Shown piece by piece: positions 30,306 to 39,848 of a stretch of 64,000 nucleotides of DNA. The stretch is from Candidatus Latescibacterota bacterium. GTDB taxonomy: Bacteria > Latescibacterota > UBA2968 > UBA8231. The notes beneath the pieces were generated by a model that worked only from the letters and a program-made list of their open reading frames with translations, did not search any database and was not told the origin of the DNA. Position numbers and translations under genes: made by a program. The first letter of the stretch is position 1. Every line of letters starts with the position of its first letter. The DNA is taken from NCBI GenBank assembly GCA_965206595.1, contig OZ242214.1, positions 4,672,001 through 4,736,000 on the forward strand. Reading direction: 5' to 3'.

Positions 30306-31171
30306 TCAAATCGCGCTCCCCGGGGAAGTGTCCCTCCCCCAGACCTTGAGTACGAAGTCGCGGTCGCGGCTCGCATTGCCGAGGACCTCGCGCAGATCGA
30401 GGGGGGCGTCTCCGGGAGGAGCGATGCCCGCAGGGAACTCGAGGCAGGCGATGCCGTCGAAGGCGGCATCTCGGACGTGCGCGAGGAAGCGGCGGTAGTC
30501 GATCCAGGTGCCTTTCTCGAGGAGGCAGAAGTCGCGGTCCCTTCGATTCTGCAGGTGCAGGTGGCGGATGCGGCTGTGAAGGCGGTCGAAGGCGAAGACC
30601 GCCGCCTCCGTGTCGTCCCCGGTGAACGGCTGAAAACAGACGCCGGCGTTGTCGTAGGAACCACCTAGTTCCTCCAACAACCGGCAGGTGGCGTCGAGAG
30701 TGTCGCATAAAGTGCCGCCGTGGGTCTCCCCAGGGTGAGGGCGATTCCGCGTTCCCCCAGGCAGTCGGCGAGCCGCCTGATGCGCTCGAGCGACAACCGG
30801 GGCACCACGGCATCGGCGTCGGCGCTGGCGACGCGGCCGGGGAAGATCTTGAAGGTCGTGCAGCCGAGCAGGGCGGCGTAATCCGTCGCGGTAGCGAGCA
30901 GCCGCTGCTCGGCCTGCGCTTCGCTCCCGGAAAGATGCAGCCGCGGGTAGGCCCCGGCGGCAGAAGCGCGCATTCCGAGGTCCCGCATTCTTCCCGCCAG
31001 GTCTTCCACGTCGGAGCGGCTCAGACCGGAGATGTGGTACTGCCAGATCTCCAGGTCGCGGAAGCCCGCCCGGCGAATCGGCTCGAGCAGGGCTTCGAGG
31101 GGCAGCGTCAGTCTGCCGGGGGCCGTCCACCGGTTCGGCTCCAGCATGATTGTGTTGAAAAGGAGCTGCAC
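30306..31171 (-). pseudogene. Sugar phosphate isomerase/epimerase (TIM barrel), frameshifted near 30730
   Basis: VQLLFNTIMLEPNRW...ERGIALTL continues in another frame as ETHGGTLCD...HLHLQN...CLEF; the shift lies in a G run. Confidence 0.7.
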
Positions 31172-31284
31172 CTCGGTCTTCCTATGGTCGAAGGAGACTG
31201 TGCGAGCCCGGGCACCTTCGGAATCGACCCGCGCCCCGAGTTGGTGAACCCGTTGAGACCCGGAGGGTCGTCCCTCTGTATGCC

Positions 31285-32310
31285 TCAGACGAACGTGGCA
31301 CCGAGTTTTACATTCGCTCCGGGGTCGGTGGCGATCTTCGGGTACTCTTCGGCGAGGTCGTCGAAGGGAACGACAGGTTGCACGACCGCCTCGGTTTCGA
31401 TTCCCCCGGAGGCCAGCCGCCGCCAGGCCTCGCCGATCAGGCGCTCGTGGTTCCAGTTGGGATGGTCGGGATTCGGGTCGCTGTTGGAGCGGCTGAACAG
31501 GAGCCGGGGCCGGTTCATGTGCGCTTCGGCACCGAGGTCGAGACCAGCTGCATAGGGACCCGGGAAAGCGCCGGCGACCACCGTGCCGTTGTAGGCGACG
31601 CTGCGCAGCGCGCCCTGCAGACCGGAGTGATGGCCGCTGTAGTCGATGCAGACATCGGCGCCGCGCTGTCCGGTAAGCTTCCTGATTTCGAGACCGGGAT
31701 CGCAGGCGGCCGGGTCGAGGGCGACGTCGGCCCCGCAGGTGCGGGCGACCGAACGCCGCAGCTCGAGGGGGTCGACGGCGATGACCGGATGAGCCCCTGC
31801 GAGAAGGGCGAACTGCACGACCATCAGGCCGATCGCCCCCAGTCCGAATACGGCAACGGCGTCGCCTATGCGGACGTGGCCGTCGCGCACGGCACCCAGT
31901 GCGAAATCGGCCGGGTCGAGGCAGACCGCAGCCTGCCAGGGCAGGCCGTCGGGAAGCCGCCGAACCGTCTCCGGCCAGCAGTGCTCCTCGCGGAACGGCG
32001 CGTGCGAGAAGACGCGGTCGCCGACGCTGAGGCGCGTCGTCCCGGGGCCTAGCTCGACCACCTCGCCGACGCACATGTTGCCGAGAGGACAGGGAAACGG
32101 CTCTCTGCCGCCGGCGGGCAGAAAGAGCCGGAGGTCGCGGCCATACGAGCCGCGCCCGCGTCCGTAGTCCTTGAAAATCGACATCTCCGTGCCGTGCTTG
32201 GCGGCGCCGTACAGGCTATTGACGCGAACCTGCCCCGGTCCCGGCGCCTGGCTCTCGTATTCCCTGAACGCCACCTGCTCCCTTGCGGGAGCGTACAACT
32301 CCCTCGGCAT
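31285..32310 (-). CDS. Zinc-binding alcohol dehydrogenase-family (MDR) protein
   Basis: KHGTE, GNMCVGEV, VFGLGAIGL, IDYSG. Confidence 0.85.
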   Translation of the reverse strand: MPRELYAPAREQVAFREYESQAPGPGQVRVNSLYGAAKHGTEMSIFKDYGRGRGSYGRDLRLFLPAGGREPFPCPLGNMCVGEVVELGPGTTRLSVGDRVFSHAPFREEHCWPETVRRLPDGLPWQAAVCLDPADFALGAVRDGHVRIGDAVAVFGLGAIGLMVVQFALLAGAHPVIAVDPLELRRSVARTCGADVALDPAACDPGLEIRKLTGQRGADVCIDYSGHHSGLQGALRSVAYNGTVVAGAFPGPYAAGLDLGAEAHMNRPRLLFSRSNSDPNPDHPNWNHERLIGEAWRRLASGGIETEAVVQPVVPFDDLAEEYPKIATDPGANVKLGATFV

Positions 32311-32417
32311 TGCCGCGTCTCCCTGTTTTCCCGGTGTCAACTGCGAAGGGCGTGCAATATATTGGAGCCCATACCCTTTTTCAATCGATTCATTCCGACA
32401 GCGGAAAGCCCTCTCAC

Positions 32418-33383
32418 ATGACCGATCGCGTCAAAATCCTGGTCCCCGGCGACGACCCGCGGCAGATCGCCGGATCGCCGCAGCTGGCCCGCCTCGATCC
32501 CCACGGAGACGTCACCCTGTACGACAACCGCCCTGGATCGTCGGGGGAGAAAATCGCCCGCGCCGACGGCTTCGACATCATCATCAACACGCGGGGCGTC
32601 GTCGACTGGCGCGAAACCGAGCTGCGCGCCCTGCCTTCCCTGAAAATGATCGCGACCTGCTCCATTGGGACCGACATGATCGATCTCGACACCGCGAGGC
32701 AATTGAACATCGTCGTCTCGAATCAGCCGGGCCGTACCGCACCGGTTGTTGCCGAGCACATGTTCGGGCTGATGTTTACGGTGGCCAAGCGGGCGGCCTT
32801 TCAAACGAGGGAGATCGCCGAAAATCGCTGGACGCGGCGGATGAACCTTTCGGTCCGGGGGAAGGTGCTCGGAATAGTCGGCACCGGGAACATCGGGGCG
32901 GAGATGGCGGCCCTCGGCAACGCCGTCGGAATGGAGGTGATCGCCTGGACCTTCAACCCCTCCCAGGAACGCGCCGAGCGGCTCGGGGTCCGCTTCGTCG
33001 AGTTGCAGGAGCTGCTCGAGAGCGCCGACTACGTCAGCATCCACACCGCTCTGAGCGACGCTACGCGCGGGCTGATCGGCCGGATGGAGCTGCAGGCGAT
33101 GAAGCCTGGCGCCGTGATCCTCAACGGCGCGCGCGGCGCCGTGCTCGATCTCGACGCCCTGGCCGAGGATCTCGCCTCCGGTCACCTCGGCGGCGCCGGC
33201 CTCGATGTCTTCGAAGAAGAGCCATTTGTCGCCGACCACCCGATCAAAAAGTGCGAGCAGGTCGTCTTCACCCCCCACGCGGCCGATCAGACCCCGGAGG
33301 GGGCGGAGCTGCTCAACGAAGGGGCGGTCGACAACGTGCTCGCCTTCCTCGCAGGGGAGCCGCGGAACAACGCCGCGGCGTGA
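32418..33383 (+). CDS. D-2-hydroxyacid dehydrogenase family
   Basis: VAEH, GIVGTGNIG, NGARG, GAGLDVFEEEP, TPHAA. Confidence 0.9.
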   Translation: MTDRVKILVPGDDPRQIAGSPQLARLDPHGDVTLYDNRPGSSGEKIARADGFDIIINTRGVVDWRETELRALPSLKMIATCSIGTDMIDLDTARQLNIVVSNQPGRTAPVVAEHMFGLMFTVAKRAAFQTREIAENRWTRRMNLSVRGKVLGIVGTGNIGAEMAALGNAVGMEVIAWTFNPSQERAERLGVRFVELQELLESADYVSIHTALSDATRGLIGRMELQAMKPGAVILNGARGAVLDLDALAEDLASGHLGGAGLDVFEEEPFVADHPIKKCEQVVFTPHAADQTPEGAELLNEGAVDNVLAFLAGEPRNNAAA

Positions 33384-33385
33384 CC

Positions 33386-34222
33386 ATGTTCACTTCGCTG
33401 AGCTCGGGAGCCATCGGCGTGAGCGCCACCCTCGAGGAGGGGCTGCGGCTGGCGGCTTCGCACGGGTTCGACGGTCTCCACTTCAACATCGCGGAAGCGG
33501 CCGCTCTCGGTCCCGGCAGGGTGCGCGAACTGTGCGCCGAGACGGGAGTGCGCCTCTCGGCTTTCGGCTTCCCCGTCGACTTCCGCGGCGGCGAGCGGGA
33601 TTTCGAAAGGGACCTGGAGCGCCTTCCGGAACTTGCCGCGGTGGCCGAGCAGCTTGGGGTGCAGCGGACCGCGACCTACCTCCTTCCCTGGTCGGACGAG
33701 CTGCCGTTCGGCGACAACTTCGCCCTTCACCGCGACCGCCTGAACCCCGTCGCGGCGATTCTCGCCGATCGCGGCATCCGCTTCGGTCTCGAGTACGTCG
33801 CCCCGGACACCATGAGGGCCGGCAGGAAACACTCCTTTGTGCACACGATGGTCCAGACCCTCGAGCTGTGCGCCGCCGTCGGCGGCAACGCCGGTCTGCT
33901 CGCCGACTCGTGGCATTGGTACACCGCCCGGGAAACCGCTGACGACCTGCGCTTCCTCCCCGCCGGGACGGTCGTCGACGTGCACGTCAACGACGCCCCG
34001 GATCTCCCGGTTGAAACCCAGGAAGACCACGTCCGCGCCATGCCGGGGGAAACAGGCGTCATCGACATCGCCGCTTTTCTCGGAGCCCTGGCCGAGATCG
34101 GATACGACGGCCCCATGATGGCGGAGCCGTTCAGCGAGCGGGTCAGGCGCCTCCCCTCGGGGGAAGCCTGCGCGCAGACGATAGCGTCGCTGCGCAAGGT
34201 CCGGCCCCTGGCCGGACTGTAG
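33386..34222 (+). CDS. Sugar phosphate isomerase/epimerase family
   Basis: FGLEY, LADSWHW, VHVND, MPGETGVID, GYDGPMMAEPF. Confidence 0.85.
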   Translation: MFTSLSSGAIGVSATLEEGLRLAASHGFDGLHFNIAEAAALGPGRVRELCAETGVRLSAFGFPVDFRGGERDFERDLERLPELAAVAEQLGVQRTATYLLPWSDELPFGDNFALHRDRLNPVAAILADRGIRFGLEYVAPDTMRAGRKHSFVHTMVQTLELCAAVGGNAGLLADSWHWYTARETADDLRFLPAGTVVDVHVNDAPDLPVETQEDHVRAMPGETGVIDIAAFLGALAEIGYDGPMMAEPFSERVRRLPSGEACAQTIASLRKVRPLAGL

Positions 34223-34223
34223 A

Positions 34224-35405
34224 ATGGCCGTACGGGTCGCCCACATAACACCGACGGACCGCATCGCCTGCCTGATGATGCGCACCCGGCTCTCCCACCT
34301 GCGCGACGCAGGATACGAAGTCAGTGTCATTTGCGGCCGCTCTCCCGAAGGCGCCTGGGGGGAAGAGCTGAGCGCCCAGGGGCTGGAGGTGATCCACGTT
34401 CCGTTCGCCCGGGAAATTGCCCCGTTTACGGACGCGCGCTGCGCCCTGGCACTGTACCGTGCCATCCGCCGGGACGGCTTCGACATCGTGCACTCGCACA
34501 ATCCGAAGGGGGGACTGCTCGGTCCGGTGGCCGGAAAACTGGCTCGCGGGCCGGTCGTCCTTCATACCGTGCACGGTTTCCTGTTCAACGAGAACGCCAC
34601 GGGAATGCGCCGGGGCATGGCCCTGGGCGCCGAGCGCTGGACCGCGGCCTGGTGCGACCACCTGCTGTTCCAGAGCGAAGAGGATTTCGCCTACGCCCGC
34701 GACCACAGGTTCAAACCCGAGGACAGGTTGCATCTCGAGGGGAACGGCATAGACGAGACCCGCTTCGACCCGCGGCTCTACCCCGAAGCGCGGCGCGAGA
34801 AGCGGCGCGAGCTGGGGTTGGAGGAGGCCGACCTCGTCGTCGGAATGGTCGGGCGCCTGGTGGAGGAGAAGGGGTACCGGGAGTTCTTCGAGATGGCCGG
34901 CCGGCTCGCCAGGTCCAGGGAGGAGGTGCGTTTCCTCAACGTCGGGATCGCGGAACCGGAGCAGTCCGATGCCATCGATCCACATCTCCTGGCGCGACAG
35001 CACGGCCTCGACGGCAAATGCGTGCTCCTGGACCGGCGTCGCGACATGCCCGAGCTCTACCTGGCGATGGACGTAGCCGTCCTGCCCTCGCACAGGGAGG
35101 GGATTCCGCGGGCGCTGATGGAGGCCGCGGCCATGGGGGTCCCGGGGGTTGCAACCGACATACGGGGCACGCGGGAGGTGATCGAAGACGGGGTCACCGG
35201 GCTGCTGTTCCCGCTGCGGGACGGCGACCGCTTTCTCGACAGCGTCGACCGCCTGCTGCAGGACGGCGAGTTGAGACGGGGGATGGGCAGGGCGGCGAGG
35301 CGGCGGGTGCTCGGAAAATACACTGAGACCGCCACTTCCCGGCGGCTGCAGAGCTGTTACCGGGAGATACTCGACAGGAAACAGGGGCACGCCCTGCGCC
35401 CATAA
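34224..35405 (+). CDS. Glycosyltransferase family 4
   Basis: HSHNPKGG, HTVHGF, VGRLVEEKG, PSHREGIPRALMEAAA. Confidence 0.92.
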   Translation: MAVRVAHITPTDRIACLMMRTRLSHLRDAGYEVSVICGRSPEGAWGEELSAQGLEVIHVPFAREIAPFTDARCALALYRAIRRDGFDIVHSHNPKGGLLGPVAGKLARGPVVLHTVHGFLFNENATGMRRGMALGAERWTAAWCDHLLFQSEEDFAYARDHRFKPEDRLHLEGNGIDETRFDPRLYPEARREKRRELGLEEADLVVGMVGRLVEEKGYREFFEMAGRLARSREEVRFLNVGIAEPEQSDAIDPHLLARQHGLDGKCVLLDRRRDMPELYLAMDVAVLPSHREGIPRALMEAAAMGVPGVATDIRGTREVIEDGVTGLLFPLRDGDRFLDSVDRLLQDGELRRGMGRAARRRVLGKYTETATSRRLQSCYREILDRKQGHALRP

Positions 35406-35415
35406 GGAGGATGAG

Positions 35416-36648
35416 ATGTGTGATGTCACCAGCCGGACGGGACGCTGGCAACTCCTGCTGATCGCTTTCCTGTCGGGGGGACTGGCCGCCGGATGCTCGG
35501 GTAATGAGCGGCCCAATGCGGCGCAGATCGTCGCCGCGGTGCGGTCAGCGGTCGAAGAAGCGGCGTCCGGCGCGGATGAGGGAGGCCCTGGAGAGGACGC
35601 CCCCGGGGACCCGCGCCTGAAGCAGATCGAGCTGCCGCAAGGTTTCCGCATTCGCGTGTACGCCGAGGGAGTAACCGGCGCCCGCTCCCTGAGCCTGGGC
35701 AGCGGTGGCACACTGTTCGTCGGCACTCAGTTCGGCGGCAGGGGCCGCGTCTACGCCCTGCGCGACGAGGACGGGGACCACAGGGCGGAGCGGGTCGTCA
35801 CTCTTGCCAGCGACCTGACGACACCGAACGGAGTAGCCTTCAGGGACGGCGACCTGTACGTGGCGGAAATCAGCCGCATCCTGCGCTACCCCGGCATCGA
35901 GGCGCGCCTCGACGATCCGCCGCCGCCGGAGATCGTCAACGACGCTTTCCCCACCGATCGCGCCCACGGCTGGAAGTTCATCCGCTTCGGCCCGGACGGC
36001 ATGCTGTACGTGCCGGTTGGCGCGCCCTGCAACATTTGCCTCTCCGCGGATCCCTTCGCCTCGATCGGAAGACTCGATCCCTCCACCGGGGATTTCGAAG
36101 TCGTGGCGCGGGGCGTGCGCAATTCCGTCGGCTTCGACTGGCACCCGGAAACGGGGGAAATGTGGTTCACGGAAAACGGAAGGGACTGGATGGGGGACGA
36201 TGAGCCGCCTGACGAGCTGAACCGGGTGAGCGCCGCGGGACAGCACTTCGGCTATCCCTACTGCCACGGGGCGGCCATCGCCGATCCCGAGTTCGGCGCC
36301 CGGCGCAACTGCAGCGAGTTCGCTGCTCCGGTCCGGGAGCTCGGCGCGCACGTGGCGGCCCTGGGGATGCGCTTTTACACCGGCGACATGTTTCCGCAGG
36401 AATACCGCAACCAGGTCTTCATCGCCGAGCACGGCTCCTGGAACCGCAGCAGCAAGATCGGCTACCGCATCACCCTGGTGCGCCTCGACGCCGGCGGGGC
36501 CGCAGGGTACGAGCCGTTCGCGGAAGGCTGGCTGCAGGGGGAGTCGAACTGGGGCCGGCCCGTCGACCTCCTCGTCATGCCGGACGGCTCGCTGCTGGTC
36601 TCCGACGACGGGGCCGGCCTGATCTACCGGATCAGCTATTCCGGCTGA
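35416..36648 (+). CDS. PQQ-dependent sugar / sorbosone dehydrogenase-family lipoprotein
   Basis: Lipobox LAAGC, LPQGF, GAPCNIC, GVRNSVGFDWHP, HGSWNR, GRPVD. Confidence 0.87.
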   Translation: MCDVTSRTGRWQLLLIAFLSGGLAAGCSGNERPNAAQIVAAVRSAVEEAASGADEGGPGEDAPGDPRLKQIELPQGFRIRVYAEGVTGARSLSLGSGGTLFVGTQFGGRGRVYALRDEDGDHRAERVVTLASDLTTPNGVAFRDGDLYVAEISRILRYPGIEARLDDPPPPEIVNDAFPTDRAHGWKFIRFGPDGMLYVPVGAPCNICLSADPFASIGRLDPSTGDFEVVARGVRNSVGFDWHPETGEMWFTENGRDWMGDDEPPDELNRVSAAGQHFGYPYCHGAAIADPEFGARRNCSEFAAPVRELGAHVAALGMRFYTGDMFPQEYRNQVFIAEHGSWNRSSKIGYRITLVRLDAGGAAGYEPFAEGWLQGESNWGRPVDLLVMPDGSLLVSDDGAGLIYRISYSG

Positions 36649-36651
36649 CCG

Positions 36652-37740
36652 CTACTGTTGCACCCCTGCCTTCACCTCGCGCTCGAAAGCCTCGATCTCC
36701 TGCATGCCGTCGAGGACTCCGATCTCGATGTGAAAGTCGCGCACCACTCCCGGCTCGATGTACTCCAGGGTCTGGTGCTTCCTGTTCCAGGCGCGCCCGA
36801 GGACGCTGCAGTTCCCCGGCTCGACGCCGGTGACGAAGGTGCCGCGGTGGAAGTGCTGCCACTGGTTGACGATCGGTATTTCCCGCTGCGGAAACTTCCA
36901 GTACAACCCCAGCTCCAGACCCTCGTTGATCAGGCCGACGTGAACGTCGCCGTCGCGGTCCGCCAGCGTCCTGTGGATGTACACGTCGTCGTGCATCTCC
37001 GCCTTCGGCTCCGTGACCAGGCTGTATTCTTCCGGCCCGACCTCCTGGTCGTTCTCCCACTCGGTGCTCTGGCGCGAATGCAGCACCAGGCGGGTGCCGG
37101 CGTCGAGCAGCGGCCAGCCTGGATTGGTGTGGTAGACGACCATCAGCGGCGCCGGGTCCACCCCCATGTTCTCGACGCGGTCGTGTATGCGAATCGACTT
37201 TTCTCCGAGCACGGTCGACACCTCGCGGGACATTTCGAGGCAGTGCCCGAACATGATGGTCTCCCGCATCCTGCCGCTGGCGCGAATGACGTACTCTTCA
37301 TCCTCCCATGAACCGCCGGCGACGACCTGCTTGGCCGGGATGTACGACAGGCGGCCGTGCAGGCCGAGCTCCTCGTCCTCGGCCTCGGGGTCGGTCTCGG
37401 GGTGTCCTACGAAGGTCATCCCGCAGGTGGTCAACAGTCCGAGGTAGGAACCGCGCATCCAGTTGAAGCCATCCGGCTCGTAGAATGCCGGGCCGACATC
37501 CCCGGTCTTAGAGCGGAAACAAAGCGACATCCCCTTGTAGGATGCCGAGGCGATATCGAGGGCGCGTCCGGGAAGCAGGGTGAAGCTGAGACCGGAGGCG
37601 TTCGCTATCTCGATCAGGTCGGCGCCGCGCTCGTTCCCTTCGACGAGCTCCGCCCGCCTCACGCCGGCCACCTGGCTCATGTCGCCGACGAGGTCGAGAA
37701 TCTGCTGCTTCGTGTAGTTCCGTCCGTACAGTATTGGCAT
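36652..37740 (-). CDS. Aldose 1-epimerase-like (DUF4432) protein
   Basis: GRALDI, GLLTTCG, LGLHGRLS, YHTNPGWPLL, GVEPGN; ATG 37740. Confidence 0.85.
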   Translation of the reverse strand: MPILYGRNYTKQQILDLVGDMSQVAGVRRAELVEGNERGADLIEIANASGLSFTLLPGRALDIASASYKGMSLCFRSKTGDVGPAFYEPDGFNWMRGSYLGLLTTCGMTFVGHPETDPEAEDEELGLHGRLSYIPAKQVVAGGSWEDEEYVIRASGRMRETIMFGHCLEMSREVSTVLGEKSIRIHDRVENMGVDPAPLMVVYHTNPGWPLLDAGTRLVLHSRQSTEWENDQEVGPEEYSLVTEPKAEMHDDVYIHRTLADRDGDVHVGLINEGLELGLYWKFPQREIPIVNQWQHFHRGTFVTGVEPGNCSVLGRAWNRKHQTLEYIEPGVVRDFHIEIGVLDGMQEIEAFEREVKAGVQQ

Positions 37741-38051
37741 CCGCAACCGCTCCTGGTTTGTACCGCTTGTGGGAACAGGCGCGGAAGATAGGGCGGCGGC
37801 AACAGGAGACACAAGAATCCCGGACCAGGTTCGAGAGGCGTCCCCCGGAACCGGCGCCGGAACTCTCGGAAGCCTCTGAACCTGCTGCTTCGATCGGGAT
37901 TCCCAGGTCTTGACGAACCGCGACGGCTGCCGGCTTATTGCAGCCCCTCGCCGCGCCTTGCGCTTCACCTGGCAGACCTGCCCCGCGTGCCTTCGCACCC
38001 TGCGGAACGCTCCTTCGCACCCCGACCGATTCCATGAACGCATCCTGAAAA

Positions 38052-38780
38052 ATGACGGTGATGAACGCCATCCTGATGGTGGCGACCTCCGCGGAGCAGA
38101 GGCTGCTCGCCGGTGAGATCGACGGTGTCCGCCATCGAGTGGGGGGGCGCCCCTGGCACAGCGGCCGCCTGCGGGGCTGGTACGTCCACCTGGTCGAAGG
38201 GGGGCTGGGAGCGGTCAATACCGCCCAGGCGCTGACCTGCGGGCTGCAGGCCGACCTGCCCGATCTCGTCCTGCAGGTCGGGGTCGGCGGGGGATATCCG
38301 CACACTTCCCTGCGCGTCGGGGACGTCGTCCTCGCCAGCGAGGAGGTGTACGGGGACCTCGGGGTGCGCACCGGGGCCGGTTGGCAGTCCTGCGAGCTGA
38401 TCGGCATTCCGGCCTGGCGAGACGGCGAAGGCGAGATCTTCAACCGTTTCGAGCTCGATGCGGCGCTGGTCTCGCAGGCGCGAGACGTCGTCGCCGCTTC
38501 AGCGGAGGAGCCCGCGGTGGGCGCCTTTGTCACGGTTCAGGAATGCAGCGGCAGCGCCGAGCTCGGCAGGGAGCGGGGCCTGCGCTTCGAGGCCCTGTGC
38601 GAGAACATGGAAGGGGCCGCGGCCGCCCACGTCAGCAGGATCTACGGCGTCCCCTTCCTCGAGATTCGCGGGATCAGCAACCGGGTCGAGGACCGCGACA
38701 CCGACAGCTGGGACATTCCCCGGGCGGCCGGTGCCGCCCAGTCCGCGGCCCTGGTGGCCTTGGAGAAGCTCGAGCTGTGA
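38052..38780 (+). CDS. mqnB: Futalosine hydrolase
   Basis: PNP/MTAN fold (GLGAVNTA, GVGGGY, CENMEGAAAAH, EIRGISNRVEDRD); overlaps mqnD start. Confidence 0.85.
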   Translation: MTVMNAILMVATSAEQRLLAGEIDGVRHRVGGRPWHSGRLRGWYVHLVEGGLGAVNTAQALTCGLQADLPDLVLQVGVGGGYPHTSLRVGDVVLASEEVYGDLGVRTGAGWQSCELIGIPAWRDGEGEIFNRFELDAALVSQARDVVAASAEEPAVGAFVTVQECSGSAELGRERGLRFEALCENMEGAAAAHVSRIYGVPFLEIRGISNRVEDRDTDSWDIPRAAGAAQSAALVALEKLEL

Positions 38781-39610
38781 GCTCGCAGGAATATTCCCTG
38801 GGTTATTCCCCCTGCCCGAATGACACCTTCATCTTCTATGCCCTCGTGCGAGGCCGGCTGCCGGGGGCGCCCCGGTTCCGCGAAATCCTCGAGGATATCC
38901 AGACTCTGAACGAGATGGCGGGGAGCGCCGGGCTCGATGTCGTCAAGGTCTCCTTCCACGCCCTTGCCTACCTCCGGAACGAGTACTGTCTGTTGCATTC
39001 AGGCGGAGCCCTCGGCCGTGGCTGCGGCCCCATGGTCGTGGCAAGGGAAGCCCTCTCCCCGGAGGAGCTCGGCGGCCTGAGAGTGGCGATCCCGGGGGCG
39101 TTGACGACCGCGGCGCTGCTGCTGCGGCTGTTCGCGCCGGAAATGCCCGCGCCGGCAATCCTGCCGTTTCACGAGATCATGCCGGCGGTCAGCGACGGCC
39201 GCGTCGACGCCGGCGTAATCATCCACGAGAGCCGCTTCACCTACCCGGACTACGGGTTGAGGCAGGTCGTCGACCTCGGGGAGTGGTGGGAACAGGAGAC
39301 CGGCCGCCCCATCCCACTGGGGGGCATCGCCGCGCGGCGGAAACTGGGAGCCGGAACGATCGCCGCCATCGACCGCGCCCTGCGCCGGAGCGTCGATTAC
39401 GCCCATGCCCATCCGGAGGAGACGCGCGAATACGTCGCCGCGCACGCACAGGAGATGGAGCGCGAGGTCGTCGAATCCCACATTGCCCTTTACGTCAACG
39501 ACTTCACCCTCGAATACGGAAGCGAAGGGACCGCGGCGATCAAGGAGCTGATGCGCCGGGCGGCGCGAGCCGGCATCGTTGCGGCTGGGGACGAGCCGCT
39601 GTTCGCATGA
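38777..39610 (+). CDS. mqnD: 1,4-dihydroxy-6-naphthoate synthase
   Basis: GYSPCPNDTFIFYAL, GGALGRGCGP, IIHESRFTY, PIPLGG, HIALYVNDFT. Confidence 0.95.
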   Translation: MSSQEYSLGYSPCPNDTFIFYALVRGRLPGAPRFREILEDIQTLNEMAGSAGLDVVKVSFHALAYLRNEYCLLHSGGALGRGCGPMVVAREALSPEELGGLRVAIPGALTTAALLLRLFAPEMPAPAILPFHEIMPAVSDGRVDAGVIIHESRFTYPDYGLRQVVDLGEWWEQETGRPIPLGGIAARRKLGAGTIAAIDRALRRSVDYAHAHPEETREYVAAHAQEMEREVVESHIALYVNDFTLEYGSEGTAAIKELMRRAARAGIVAAGDEPLFA

Positions 39611-39848
39611 GCTGCGGAAGGCCTCCATCAGGGTCCGGCGGCGTGGAAGGAGCGTCGGGCTGCGGGGCCATTCCATCCTCGCAGCCTCCACCGAGAAGTA
39701 GCGGACTCGCGGAAGGACCTCCGTGGCGAAGGCCGCCCAGGAGGTCCTGGCGCCTTTGAACTCGGAAAGGCGCGACAGACTCGGCAGCCAGCGCTCGACG
39801 CAGAAATCCTGGCCATTTGTTTGATCGGGACAGCAAAGGAGACAGGAG

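Noticed and set aside
32171-34222. 683-aa ORF suggesting a fusion protein
   Set aside because: Its N-terminal part is an off-frame overlap of the dehydrogenase gene; the real epimerase starts at ATG 33386. The same applies to the over-extended ORFs at 10190-11323, 38381-39610, 59650-61590 and 61678-63189.
37750-38050. Short direct repeat CCTTCGCACCC twice in an intergenic region
   Set aside because: Only two 11-bp copies with no regular spacers; not a CRISPR array or a recognisable riboswitch.
39805-39830. Possible sigma54 promoter before the FAH gene (TGGCCATTTGTTTGAT)
   Set aside because: The invariant -12 GC is absent.
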